64,000 nucleotides of DNA from Mustelus asterias (taxonomy: Eukaryota). The stretch is from positions 24,862,001 to 24,926,000 of the forward strand of contig NC_135801.1 of NCBI RefSeq assembly GCF_964213995.1, written 5' to 3'. Below, one piece after another: positions 50,963 to 62,478 of this stretch. The notes below the pieces were generated by a model, which was not told the origin of the DNA, ran no database searches, and worked only from the letters and a program-made list of their open reading frames with translations. The translations under genes were made by a program, and so were the position numbers. Positions within the stretch are counted from its first letter, which is position 1. Each line of letters begins with the position of its first letter.

Positions 50963-53875
50963 CTATCTATAGCCCTCAATCCCATTAAATCCCATGTACT
51001 CATCCAGAAGTCTCTTAAAAGACCCCAACGAGTTTGCCTCCACCACCACCGACGTCAGCCGATTCCACTCACCCACCACCCTCTGAGTGAAAAACTTACC
51101 CCTGACATCTCCTCTGTACCTACCCCCCAGCACCTTAAACCTGTGTCCTCTCGTAGCAACCATTTCAGTCCTTGGAAATAGCCTCTGAGAGTCTACCCTA
51201 TCCAGACCTCTCAACATCTTGTAAACCTCTATCAGGTCACCTCTCATCCTTCGTCTCTCCAGGGAGAAGAGACCAAGCTCCCTCAACCTATCCTCATAAG
51301 GCATGCCCCCCAATCCAGGCAACATCCTTGTAAATCTCCTCTGCACCCTTTCAATGGCTTCAACATCTTTCCTGTAATGAGGTGACCAGAACTGCGCGCA
51401 GTACTCCAAGTGGGGTCTAACCAGGGTCCTATAAAGCTGCAGCATTATCTCCCGACTCCTAAACTCAATCCCTCGATTAATGAAGGCTAGTACGTCGTAC
51501 GCCTTCTTGACTGCATCCTCCACCTGCGAGGCCGATTTAAGAGTCCTATGGACCCGGACCCCAAGGTCCTTCTGATCCTCTACACTGCTAAGAATGGTAC
51601 CCTTCATATTATATTGCTGCTTCATCCCATTGGATCTGCCAAAATGGATCACCACACACTTATCCGGGTTGAAGTCCATCTGCCACTTCTCCGCCCAGTC
51701 TTGCATTCTATCTATGTCTCGCTGCAACTTCTGACATCCCTCCAAACTATCCACAACACCACCTACCTTGGTGTCGTCAGCAAACTTACCAACCCATCCC
51801 TCCACTTCCTCATCCAGGTCATTTATGAAAATGACAAACAGCAAGGGTCCCAGAACAGATCCCTGGGGCACTCCACTGGTCACTGACCGCCATGCAGAGA
51901 AAGACTCCTCCACAGCCACTCTCTGCCTTCTGCAGGCAAGCCAGTTCTGGATCCACAAGGCAACAGCCCCTTGGATCCTATGCCCTCTCACTTTCTCAAG
52001 AAGTCTTGCATGGGGGACCTTATCGAACGCCTTGCTGAAGTCCATATAGACCACATCCACCGCTCTTCCTTCGTCAATGTGTTTGGTCACATTTTCAAAG
52101 AACTCAACCAGGCTCGTAAGGCACGACCTGCCCTTGACAAAGCCGTGCTGACTACTTTTGATCATACTAAACTTCTCTAGATGATCATAAATCCTGTCTC
52201 TCAGGATCCTCTCCATCAACTTACCAACCACTGAGGTTAGACTCACCGGTCGGTAATTTCCCGGGCTGTCCCTGTTCCCTTTCTTGAATATAGGGACCAC
52301 ATCTGCAATCCTCCAATCCTCCGGAACCTCTCCCGTCTCCATCGACGATGCAAAGATCATCGCCAAAGGCTCCGCAATCTCCTCCCTCGCCTCCCACAGT
52401 AACCTGGGGTACATCCCATCCGGTCCCGGCGACTTACCAACCTTGATGCCATTCAATAGTTCCAACACATCCTCTTTCTTTATGTCCACATGCTCGATCC
52501 TTTCTGTCCACCGCAAACCAGCAGTACAACCACCCAGATCCCTTTCCACCGTGAATACCGAGGTAAAGTATTCATTAAGCAGCTCCGCCATTTCTAATGG
52601 TTCCGCACAAACTTTTCCCCCTTCACCTTTTAAGGGTCCTATGCCTTCACATCTCATCCTTTTACTCTTGACATATTTGTAGAAAGCCTTGGGGTTCTCC
52701 TTAATCTTACCCGCCAAGGCCTTCTCATGACCCCTTCTCGCTCTCCTAATTTCCTTCTTAAGCTCCTTCCTACATCCCGTATACTCCTCTAAATCCTTAA
52801 CACCTCCTAGCTCTCTGAACCTTCTGTACGCCTCTCTTTTCTTATTCACCAGGTTCATCACAACCTTCGTGCACCACGGTTCCCGTACCCTACCAACACC
52901 CCCCTGTCTCATCGGAACGTTGTCATGCAGAGCTCCAGACAAACATTCCTTGAAAATCCTCCACTTTCCTTCGGTACTTTTCCCCAAGAATGCCTCCTTC
53001 CAATTTACCCGTCTAATTTCCTCCCTGATGACACTGTATTTCCCTTTACTCCAGAGAAACACTTTCCTAGCCTGCCTGATCCTATCTCTTTCCAATGCTA
53101 TCATGAAGGAGATAGAATTATGATCGCTATCCCCAAGATGCTCACCCACCGAGAGATCCTCCACCTGTCCAGGTTCATTAGCCAGCACCAGATCAAGTAC
53201 AGCCTCTCCTCTAGTAGGCTTATCCACATACTGTGTCAGGAAACTCTCCTGGACACACCTAACAAACTCCTCTCCATCCAAACCCCTAGCCCTAGGGATA
53301 TTCCAATCTATGTTTGGGAAATTAAAATCTCCCATCACGACAACTCTGTTATTCCTACATCTCTCCAGGATCTGTTTCCCCATCTGCTCCTCAACATCTC
53401 TGTTACTATTGGGCGGCCTATAGAAAACACCCAGCAACGTTACCGACCCCTTCCTGTTCCTAACCTCCACCCACAGAGACTCCGTCGTCAATCCCTCCAC
53501 GGCGTCCACCTTCTCTACAGCCGTGACACTATCCCTGATCAACAGTGCCACTCCCCCCCCTCTCTTGCCTCCCTCCCTGTCCTTCCTGAAACATCTAAAA
53601 CCCGGCACCTGAAGCACCCAGTCCTGTCCCTGAGACATCCAAGTCTCCGTAATGGCCACCACATCACAATTCGAAGCAGCAATCCACGCTCTAAGCTCAT
53701 CCACTTTATTCACTACACTCCTGGCATTAAAATAGACACATCTCAGACCTTCAGCCTGAGCACTTCCCTTCTCCATCACTCGTCTAACCTCCCTCTTACC
53801 CTGTTTACATTCCTTATCTATTTGCGAGCTAACCTCCTCGCTCTCAGTCCCCTCATTTCGATTCCCTCCCCCCAA
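50963..53875 (-). CDS. CR1 ORF2: APE endonuclease plus reverse transcriptase, uninterrupted 970 codons
   Basis: YFNARS, AITETW, YRPP, GDFN, SDHN; NYRPVSLTS, QHGF, DFSKAFD, GVPQGS, FADD. Listed start is TTG, true start uncertain. Confidence 0.93.
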   Translation of the reverse strand: MGGGNRNEGTESEEVSSQIDKECKQGKREVRRVMEKGSAQAEGLRCVYFNARSVVNKVDELRAWIAASNCDVVAITETWMSQGQDWVLQVPGFRCFRKDREGGKRGGGVALLIRDSVTAVEKVDAVEGLTTESLWVEVRNRKGSVTLLGVFYRPPNSNRDVEEQMGKQILERCRNNRVVVMGDFNFPNIDWNIPRARGLDGEEFVRCVQESFLTQYVDKPTRGEAVLDLVLANEPGQVEDLSVGEHLGDSDHNSISFMIALERDRIRQARKVFLWSKGKYSVIREEIRRVNWKEAFLGKSTEGKWRIFKECLSGALHDNVPMRQGGVGRVREPWCTKVVMNLVNKKREAYRRFRELGGVKDLEEYTGCRKELKKEIRRARRGHEKALAGKIKENPKAFYKYVKSKRMRCEGIGPLKGEGGKVCAEPLEMAELLNEYFTSVFTVERDLGGCTAGLRWTERIEHVDIKKEDVLELLNGIKVGKSPGPDGMYPRLLWEAREEIAEPLAMIFASSMETGEVPEDWRIADVVPIFKKGNRDSPGNYRPVSLTSVVGKLMERILRDRIYDHLEKFSMIKSSQHGFVKGRSCLTSLVEFFENVTKHIDEGRAVDVVYMDFSKAFDKVPHARLLEKVRGHRIQGAVALWIQNWLACRRQRVAVEESFSAWRSVTSGVPQGSVLGPLLFVIFINDLDEEVEGWVGKFADDTKVGGVVDSLEGCQKLQRDIDRMQDWAEKWQMDFNPDKCVVIHFGRSNGMKQQYNMKGTILSSVEDQKDLGVRVHRTLKSASQVEDAVKKAYDVLAFINRGIEFRSREIMLQLYRTLVRPHLEYCAQFWSPHYRKDVEAIERVQRRFTRMLPGLGGMPYEDRLRELGLFSLERRRMRGDLIEVYKMLRGLDRVDSQRLFPRTEMVATRGHRFKVLGGRYRGDVRGKFFTQRVVGEWNRLTSVVVEANSLGSFKRLLDEYMGFNGIEGYR

Positions 53876-53880
53876 CCTTT

Positions 53881-54762
53881 CTAGTTTAAAGTCTCTCCAG
53901 TAGCCTTAGCCAACCTTCCCGCCAGGATATTGGTCCCCCTGGGATTCAAGTGCCACCCGTCTTTTTTAAACAGGTCACACCTGCCCCAAAAGACGTCCCA
54001 ATGATCCAAGTACCCAAATCCTTGTCCCTTGCTCCAGTCCCTCAGCCACGCATTCATTCTCCACCGATTCCTGTTGTCACTCTCCCGCGGCACAGGCAGC
54101 AATCCCGAGATTACTACCTTTGCATTCCTCTTTCTCAGCTGTCTACCTAACTCCCTATATTCTCTTTTCATGACCCCTTCCCTCTTCCTACCTATGTCAG
54201 CAGTACCTATATGCATCACGACCTTCGGCTCCTCTCCCTCCCCCTTCAGGATTTCTGGGACTCGACCAGAGACATCCCGGACCCCTGCACCAGGGAGGCA
54301 AACCACCATCCGAGAGTCCCGTCTTTGTCCGCAAAAACGCCTATCTGACCCACTCACCGTAGAGTCCCCAATTAGCACTACCCTCCTTTCCTTACCCTTT
54401 TGCACTACTGGGCCAGGCTCAGCTCCAGAGACACTGCCACCGCTGCTTCCCCCAGGTGGACTGTCCACCCCAGTAGTACTCAGACAGGAGTACTTATTAT
54501 TAAGGGGCACATCCACCGGGGTGCTCACCATCAACTGAGTTTTCTCCTTCCTCACTGTTACCCAGTTACCTTCCTCCCGTGGTCCCGGTGTGACCACCTG
54601 CCGATAGCTCCTGTCAATGACCTCCTCACTATCCCTAACCCGGCGAAGGTCCTCGAGCTGCAATTCCAGTTCCCTAACATGGTCCCTTAGGAACCGCAGC
54701 TCAACACACCCAGCACAGATATGGTCGTCCGGGAGGCTAGGAGCCTCCAGGACCTCCCACAT
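53881..54762 (-). CDS. CR1 ORF1 with SGNH/GDSL esterase-like domain, slightly N-truncated
   Basis: CSQCRMWEV..CAGC zinc motif, IGDS, CLPGA, HIGTAD, DGWHLN. Confidence 0.88.
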   Translation of the reverse strand: MWEVLEAPSLPDDHICAGCVELRFLRDHVRELELQLEDLRRVRDSEEVIDRSYRQVVTPGPREEGNWVTVRKEKTQLMVSTPVDVPLNNKYSCLSTTGVDSPPGGSSGGSVSGAEPGPVVQKGKERRVVLIGDSTVSGSDRRFCGQRRDSRMVVCLPGAGVRDVSGRVPEILKGEGEEPKVVMHIGTADIGRKREGVMKREYRELGRQLRKRNAKVVISGLLPVPRESDNRNRWRMNAWLRDWSKGQGFGYLDHWDVFWGRCDLFKKDGWHLNPRGTNILAGRLAKATGETLN

Positions 54763-55494
54763 CCTACATTGGGAACAACATAGGGTGCTGGTGAGGCCAC
54801 ACTTGGAGTATTGTGTACAGTTATAGTCTCCTTACTTGAGAAAGGATATACTGGCACTGGAGGAGGTACAGAGGAGATTCACTAGATTGATTCTGGAGTT
54901 GAAAGGGTTGGCTTATGAGGAGAGACTGAGTAGACTGGGGCGATACTCATTGGAATTCAGAAGAATGAGGGGCGATTTTATAGAAACATATAAGATTATG
55001 AAGGGAATAGATAAGATAGAAGCAGGGAAGTTGTTTCCACTTGCAGATGAAACTAGAACTAGGGGACATGGCCTCAAAATAAGGGGAAGCAGATTTAGGA
55101 CTGAGTTGAAGAGGAACTTCTTCACCCAAAGGGTTGTGAATCTGTGGAATTCCCTGCCCAGTGAAGCAGTTGAGGTTACCTCATTGAAAGTTTTTAAGGT
55201 AAGGGTAAATACATTTTTGAACAGTAAAGGAATTAAGGGTTATGGTGAGCGGGTGGGTAAGTGGAGCTGACTCGAAAAGATCAGCGATGATCTTATTGAA
55301 TGGTGGAGCAGGCTCGAGGGGCCAGATGGCCTGCTCCTGCTAGTTCTTTTGTTCTTATATTCTAAGTTGCAAGAAAAAACTATCCAAAGGTTGCCCATGT
55401 ACAAGTACATCCAGATCTCAGTGCCTACTCTAATTGCACTGTGGGGGGGGGGGGGGGGGGGGTGCTCAGACTTGATCCATAGGAGTCAGACCTG

Positions 55495-55600
55495 AATCTT
55501 TGTCAGAGCTTTGACGAAGTGTCATTGAAATGTTAGCTCTGTTCTCTCTCCACAGATGCTGTCAGACCTGTGGAGATTTTCCAGCATTTTCTGTTTGGGT
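55495..55600 (+). repeat. Penelope-type end fragment (second family), degraded
   Basis: ttgacgaagtgtcattgaaatgttag..cacagatgctgtcagacctg..ccagcattttctg. Confidence 0.6.
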
Positions 55601-57009
55601 ATTATTTGGGAGAGTTTGCTGTGGAATTTATTAATAATGATGATGGTTTTCTGCATGCATTGGATACTTTGCTGACCAAAACTTAATTTAATACTGAAAG
55701 AATGAAGGCAGTTAAGTCTAGGGACTGAAATGGAAATAACATGGATCATTTGCTGATCGCAAATAAAGATGTAATGGCAGAATGCTTCTGTCACTACTGA
55801 ATGGAACATATAATAGACCTTCTTGGGAAATGGTGCAGCCTAGGTGGACATGCTTTATGAGAAATGCTTGCCATTTCTAAATTGGAAACAGAGAAAGACA
55901 CTAAATTCTAAACTATGATCCCCAGCCCTGTAGTGAGGGACCTAGACTTGCCTTTCTATTGCCCAGAAACAGATGGTTCTGAGATGCTAATGTGAGGAAA
56001 TTTTCTGTAACTGATTTGACATTCAAAATTCTTACTTCTTGATTCAGGTATTGCACTGCTTATTAATAATTCTTCAGTCTGCTAGGTTGAAGAGCCACAC
56101 AGTTTCTTTGCCCTGTTCACAGTGCTCCCAGGTCCTTATAGACACAATACCATTTTGCTCTTTAATTTACATTAACATCCAATACAAAATACCATTGAAC
56201 ATCTGTGGGCGAGTGTAAATAATGAAAAGCTGGCCACCATTTGTTCACTTTGAGAAATCTGGCCCATTACTCCATACACATCAAAGCATGCGAATAAAAA
56301 CTGTAACTTGCAGAGAGAAACCTCAAAATGCTAACCTTAACCCGATGCTTCAGACGGTGTTGATGGATCAATTCAGCTTTACACATTTTTTGCATTTCCC
56401 TATTTAAGTTGCAGGCTTGCAAATAAACTCCTCGTGTGTCGTTCAATATTTAACCCTTTCTCCCGAAGAAATGCGTGCTCTGTTAGCGCAAGAAATGTTG
56501 TGACTCGCAGTTTTAAGGGTTTATGTTTGGACTTATTTCATATTCATTCTGGATACAGATGCAGCATAAGCACTGACTAATCTCGCAGATCTCCAGAAGC
56601 ACCGCTTCACTGGGTTAAAGGTCAATACTGACACTTCTCATATGCATGCTACATTTACAGTAAAGTGCCAGATATCCATTTCGTTTAAAGATGATGTCCA
56701 TGTCAAGCCTTGAACATATTGCCGCAGGTTAATACGAATAAATACCTCAATGTTAATTTTTAAAATCAAATTCATCAAACAAATATTTTACGAAAGCATT
56801 AAATCTGCTCATTAATATTCACCACATTAAAGCTGATTATATTTGCCAAACATTACATTATTAACCTGCAATGATGCAGATTGCTGCATGCAGTCTTCGC
56901 TGGCAGTGCCTCCTAAGATAGCAGGTTCAAATTCAAAAAGATCGCCAGTAAACCAAATTCAAATAGGATTAGAAATCAATCCTTTTTAAAATTTATTTAA
57001 ATTATTGAT

Positions 57010-57369
57010 TTTTTTAATTCATTCGTGGGACATGGGCATCTCTCACAGGCCAGCAATTATTGCCCATCTTTCGTTTCCCAAAGGCAGTTGAGAGTCAACC
57101 ACATTGCGGTGGGTCTGGAATCACATGTAGGCCAGATCGGGTAAGGACAGCAGATTTCCTTCCCTAAAGGGCATCAGTGAATCAGATAGGTTTTTCTGTC
57201 AATCAACAATGAATTCATGATGATCAGGAGGTTCCTAATTCCAGATTTTTGTTTTATTGAATTCAAATTCCACTATCTGCCGTGGTGGGATTTGAATCCA
57301 GGTCCCCAGAACATTAGTTGAGTTTCTGGATTAATAGTCTAGTGATAATATCACTAGGCCATCGCCTCC
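57010..57369 (-). mobile_element. SINE family B, full length
   Basis: Collinear with 24697-25037. Confidence 0.88.
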
Positions 57370-58014
57370 TTCATTGATTAAAGATGCAACCGAGGGCATG
57401 ACATAAATATGACGTTCCATGAGATGCATATGCATTGGTTAAGATTGTTGACTTGAGAAAATCAGTGATTCTTGAAGAAGTAGCGGGCTAAATTGGACAG
57501 TCCCTGAAAACGGGCATGGGGGCTCATGATGCGCGATCGCCCTGCACACATTCGATGTGATGCAGGCAGCACGCCAACTTCATATTGCCTGCTCAATGCC
57601 CATGACTGTTGTGTTTGTATGAACTGCATTGTTGAATGGTTGCATGTCTGAGCATGGGGCCCAAAATCATGGCAATTAGTGTTAGTTAAAGCTGGCCTGT
57701 ATTATTTAAAAGTGTTGTGGCCGGCGCAGTTTTTGGAAGCCCTTGCAGGAGACCATCTTTCTCTACAGATGCTGCCTGACCTGCTGAGTCCTTCCAGCAT
57801 TTTCTATTTTCATTTCAAATTTCCAGAATCTTCAGCGTTTTATTTTTGTGTAAGCACTTTCTACATGAATTGCTGTCAAAATGTATTGCATAAGAATAAC
57901 ACCTCTGCAGTGAATTTTTGCACACAGTCTTATTGCATCTTCTCAGCTTCTCAAAGAGATTAGGCTTAAACAACCAAAATTGGAGTGCCCAGTCACATCT
58001 TGTGGATGGACATT

Positions 58015-58380
58015 TGTGGTGAACCATCGTTGGTTCCCACCAGGTAGTACTGAGCCAGGGTCTGGCCAGTACTATGAGTCTGTATATATGTTGCTGTTGG
58101 GGTTAGGGTTGGGTTGTTCTACTTGTTACTGTTGGGGTTAGGGTTGGGTTGTTCTACTTGTTACTGTTGGGGTTAGGGTTGGGCTGTTCTACCTGTATTA
58201 TAGTTATTATGGTACATCCCAGTCGGGCTCCGCCTCCTGGGAGAGGTATAAAGGTCACTGCTCTGTCTGGGACCCCTCAGTCTGGGATCGTGTACTATAT
58301 ATGGTAGCTTCATTGTAATAGTAGATAAAAGCCTTTATTTCCTTGAGCATCTCTAGCCTCGTGAGTTATATCGCGCATCA
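58015..58380 (+). repeat. 5' LTR (366 bp)
   Basis: TG..CA; TATAAA at 58247, Inr-like tcagt at 58277; three 35-bp units. Confidence 0.95.
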
Positions 58381-58441
58381 ATTTTATTTACTATTAATTG
58401 AACTCTCGTCATTAAAAAAAAAGGAAAACGATACAGAGAGT

Positions 58442-59200
58442 ATGGAGCAAATGTTAAAACCCGAACGTCTTACACTGGACCCACGTGCGGCGGGCGCCTG
58501 TAACACCTTCGACCACTGGTTGAAATGTTTTCAGGACTACCTTGCAGCCTCCGCAACGGTCACCACAGACGACGACAGACTCCGGGTCCTCCACGCGAGG
58601 AGCGACGCTGTATATTTAGCGATCCGTGCGGCCACCGACTACAAAGGGGCCCTCGAGCTTCTTAAGAAGCGCTACATTAAACCGCCAAACGAGATGCATG
58701 CTCGATATCTTTTAGCCACTCGACGACGGCAGCCCAGCGAAACGACGGAACAGTACGCGTGCGAGCTTCTGCAGCTAGCCAGGGGCTGTAGCTGCAAAGC
58801 AGTGTCGGCAGACCAGAACATGAATGACTTCGCTCGAGATGCGTTTGTGGCGGGAATCGGATCATCTTATATCCGACTCCGACTGTTGGAGCAAGGTAAT
58901 CTCGATCTCACTAAGTCAATAGAACTAGCGGATACGTTGGAGACGGCCTCCAAAAGCCTAGCGTTGTATATCGAAGACCACGTGGAGACAGCGTGGCAGG
59001 AGCAGTCGCAGATCCCACCTCGTCCCTCGGGTCCGAAAAGCTGCGTGATGGTGTGCCCACACTCGGGCCTGACGACGGCAACAGCGGTGTTACTTCTGTG
59101 GGGGAGTGAAGCACACTCGGCAGCGATTCCCCGCTAAAGCGGTGTTGTGCTCCGCCTGCGGCAAGAATGGGCATTATTCGAAGGTATGTCGATCCAAACT
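58442..59200 (+). pseudogene. gag, frameshifted near 59090
   Basis: MEQMLKPERL..ARYLLATRRRQ..RDAFVAGI; out-of-frame CYFCG and CSACGKNGHYSKVC knuckles. Confidence 0.85.
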
Positions 59201-59249
59201 TACTTCCAGGAACAGCAGTGCGGCCTGAGACTCCCCGGAGCCGGGTTCC

Positions 59250-62200
59250 TTGTCGTCGGCATCGTCGAGGGTTTCTTCCACATGCGAGGCCAGGACGTCG
59301 CCATTACAGACGACGGAGTCGCAAGAGACGCGCGACCACCAGAGGTCGCTGATTTTGGCGCCATCGCCCACGTGCGACCTATGGGAGCAGCCATTTTGGT
59401 TGGCACCGACCGCGAACGACCAGCAGGGGTCATCTTCATCCATCTCAGCTGCCTGCAGTGGCGCTCACGAACCAACGGTGGCGTCGATCATCCTGGACCA
59501 GGCAAAGCCTCACAGACTCGACAAGTCCATGATGGACATACAGGTAAACAAACGCTTGATTTATTGTCTGTTTGACAGCGGGAGCACGGAGAGTTTTATT
59601 CACCCAGATGCTGTGAAGCGGTGTGGCCTCCAGATCCAACCTGTCAAGCAGACGATTTCGATGGCATCAAGGTCCCGGTCTGTCACCGTGCTAGGGAGTT
59701 GCGTGGTAAATTTAACGGTGCAGGGCACGGTTTACGAGAGCTTCAAGCTCCTGGTGTTACCGCACCTTTGCGCGCCAATACTCCTCGGACTAAATTTCAT
59801 GGTCCACTTGAAGAGTGTAACCCTACAGTACGGTGGGCCACTCCCTCCGCTTTCAGTGGGAGAACAGCAGCCTCCAAATTGCCCAACGCGTCCCGCCTGT
59901 AGCCTCACGACGCTGAAGATTACCACACCCTTCCTATTCCAGAATCTCGTGCCAGGCTGCAAGCCCATCGCGACTAAGAGTAGGCGTTACAGCGCTGAGG
60001 ATCGGATCTTCATTCGATCTGAGGTTCAGCGGCTCCTCAAGGAAGGGATCATACAATCTAGTGCTAGTCCTTGGAGAGCGCAGGTCATGGTGGTCAAGAG
60101 TGGGAACAAACCCCGGATGGTCATTGACTATAGTCAGACCATTAATAGATACACGCAGCTGGATGCGTATCCCCTCCCGCGCATATCTGACATGGTCAAT
60201 CAGATTGCACAGTACCGGGTGTTCTCCACCATCGACCTAAAGTCTGCCTACCACCAGCTCCCCATTCGCCCAGAGGACCGACAATACACGGCTTTTGAGG
60301 CGGATGGTCGCTTGTACCATTTTCTAAGGGTTCCTTTTGGTGTCACCAATGGGGTCTTGGTCTTCCAGCGTGCTATGGACCGAATGGTGGACCATAACGG
60401 ACTGCGGGCTACCTTCCCGTACCTGGATAACGTCACCATCTGCGGCCATGACCAGCAGGACCACGATACCAATCTCCTTAAATTCCTACGCACTGCATCT
60501 CGCCTGAATCTGACCTACAACAGGGAGAAGTGTGTATTTCGTACGCGCCGCCTAGCCATCCTCGGATACGTGGTGGAAAACGGGGTCATCGGCCCTGATC
60601 CAGACCGTATGCGTCCCCTCCTTGAACTTCCCCTGCCCACTAGCGCAAAAGCACTGAGAAGATGCTTAGGCTTCTTCTCTTACTACGCACAGTGGGTTCC
60701 CAATTACGCGGACAAAGCCCGTCCACTCATCAAGTCTACCTCTTTTCCCCTAGCACCAGAGGCTCGGTTGGCCTTTGATAAACTAAAAGCCGACATCGCG
60801 AAACCCACGATGCACGCTGTCGATGAGACCATCCCCTTTCAGGTGGAGAGCGATGCATCTGATTTCGCCCTGGCTGCCACACTTAATCAGGCGGGCAGGC
60901 CCGTCGCCTTTTTTTCTTGCACCCTCCAAGGCCCCGAAATTCAACATTCAGCGGTGGAAAAGGAGGCCCAGGCATTGGCGCCATTACTTGGCGGGAAAAC
61001 GGTTCACCCTGATCACGGACCAGCGGTCCGTGGCGTTCATGTTCAATAACACGTTACGGGGCAAGATCAAGAACGACAAGATCTTGAGGTGGAGAATTGA
61101 ACTCTCCACCTATAATTACGACATCATGTATCGTCCAGGGAAACTCAACGAGCCCTTGGACGCCCTGTCGCGTGGAACATGCGCCAGTATGCAGGAGGAC
61201 CGTTTGCAGGCTCTCCACAATGACCTCTGCCATCCAGGGGTCACTCGGCTCTACCACTTCGTAAAAGCCCGGAATCTACCCTACTCGGTGGAGGATATCA
61301 GGTCCATAACGAGAAGCTGCCGGGTATGCGCGGAATGCAAACCGCACTTTTACCGACCTGACAGGGCACAACTTGTCAAGGCCACTCGTTCCTTCGAAAG
61401 ACTGAGTGTGGACTTTAAGGGCCCCCTTCCCTCGACAGATCGGAATGTGTACTTCCTCATCATCATTGATGAGTACTCGAGATTCCCTTTTGTCATTCCC
61501 TGCTCTGATACGACCGCTGCCACGGTTATCAAGGCATTTCGTGATCTTTTCACCCTGTTCGGGTACCCCTGCTACATCCACAGCGATAGGGGCTCGTTGT
61601 TCATGAGCGATGACTTGAGGCAATACCTGCTCTCATACGGGATTGCCTCTAGTAGAACCACGAGCTACATCCCTAGGGGTAACGGACAGGTGGAACGTGA
61701 GAATGCTACAGTCTGGAAGGCTGTCTGGAAGGCTGTCTTACTGGCGTTGAAGTCAAAAAGCCTTCCAGTCTCCCATTGGCAAGAGGTGCTCCCTGATGCG
61801 CTCCACTCCATACGCTCACTCCTGTGTACGGCAACCAACGCTACTCCCCATGAGAGGCTGTTTTTATTCCCTGGAAGTCTTCCTCTGGGACCTCATTACC
61901 GTCTTGGTGCCCGTACTCAGGACCTGACCTCCTGCGGCGACATGTTAGGGCCCGCAAGTCCGACCCTTTGGTTGAACAGGTCCAACTCCTCCACGCCAAC
62001 CCCCAGTATGCCTATGTGGTATACCCTGACGGGCGAGAGGACACGGTCTCGATTCAAGACCTGGCGCCAGCAGGGGACTTGGAAACCCCTGTCGCTCCCA
62101 TACCTCCTGTTAGAGATCCCCCAACTATTGTTTCCCCTCCTGACATGGCGCGGGCAGCATCGGGACCATCACTTAACCCTTTTACTCCCATGTACAGCTT

Positions 62201-62411
62201 GCCTGAGTCCAGGAGATGGTCGCCACTTCAAGGCGTGTCTGAACTCAACAGATTTTCATCACCTCGGGGTCAACCGGCCCGTGAGACAGTGGAGGAACCG
62301 TTGGACATCGCCTTGGGGAGAACGCCACCGCGAGTGCCTACTCCGGTGTCATCGCCGGTGTTGAGGAGGTCACAACGACAGTGCGGTCCCCCTGACCGTC
62401 TGAACTTATAG
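59250..62411 (+). pseudogene. pol: protease, RT, RNase H, integrase (frameshifts near 60975 and 61870)
   Basis: LFDSGS; IDLKSAYHQ, PFG, YLDN; SDASD; H-x4-H..CRVC, VDFKGP, IDEYSRF, HSDRG, NGQVER. Confidence 0.92.
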
Positions 62412-62478
62412 ACTGATGACAAATTATTCTGTGTTTTTTTTGTACCCCGCCGGCCTTTTTCTTCAAAGGAGGGGTGAA

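Larger units (their letters stand above)
50877..54779 (-). mobile_element. Near full-length young CR1 LINE
   Basis: ORF1 plus ORF2, short 3' UTR, (ttctatg)n tail; 5' UTR missing. Confidence 0.97.
50235..55365 (+). mobile_element. Outer CR1 (50235-50876 and 54781-55365) split by an antisense CR1
   Basis: VDVVYLDFQKAFDKVPH..MLQLYR | VLVRPHLEYCVQ continuity; atag at both junctions. Confidence 0.92.

Noticed and set aside
51548-54690. Plus-strand ORFs up to 319 aa
   Set aside because: Antisense shadows of the intact CR1 ORFs
33690-55462. Long poly-G tracts (about 33691, 34776, 55444)
   Set aside because: Simple homopolymers of unreliable length with no further structure
58095-58195. Interstitial telomere or CRISPR-like array
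   Set aside because: Only one TTAGGG per 35-bp unit, no unique spacers, and part of both LTRs
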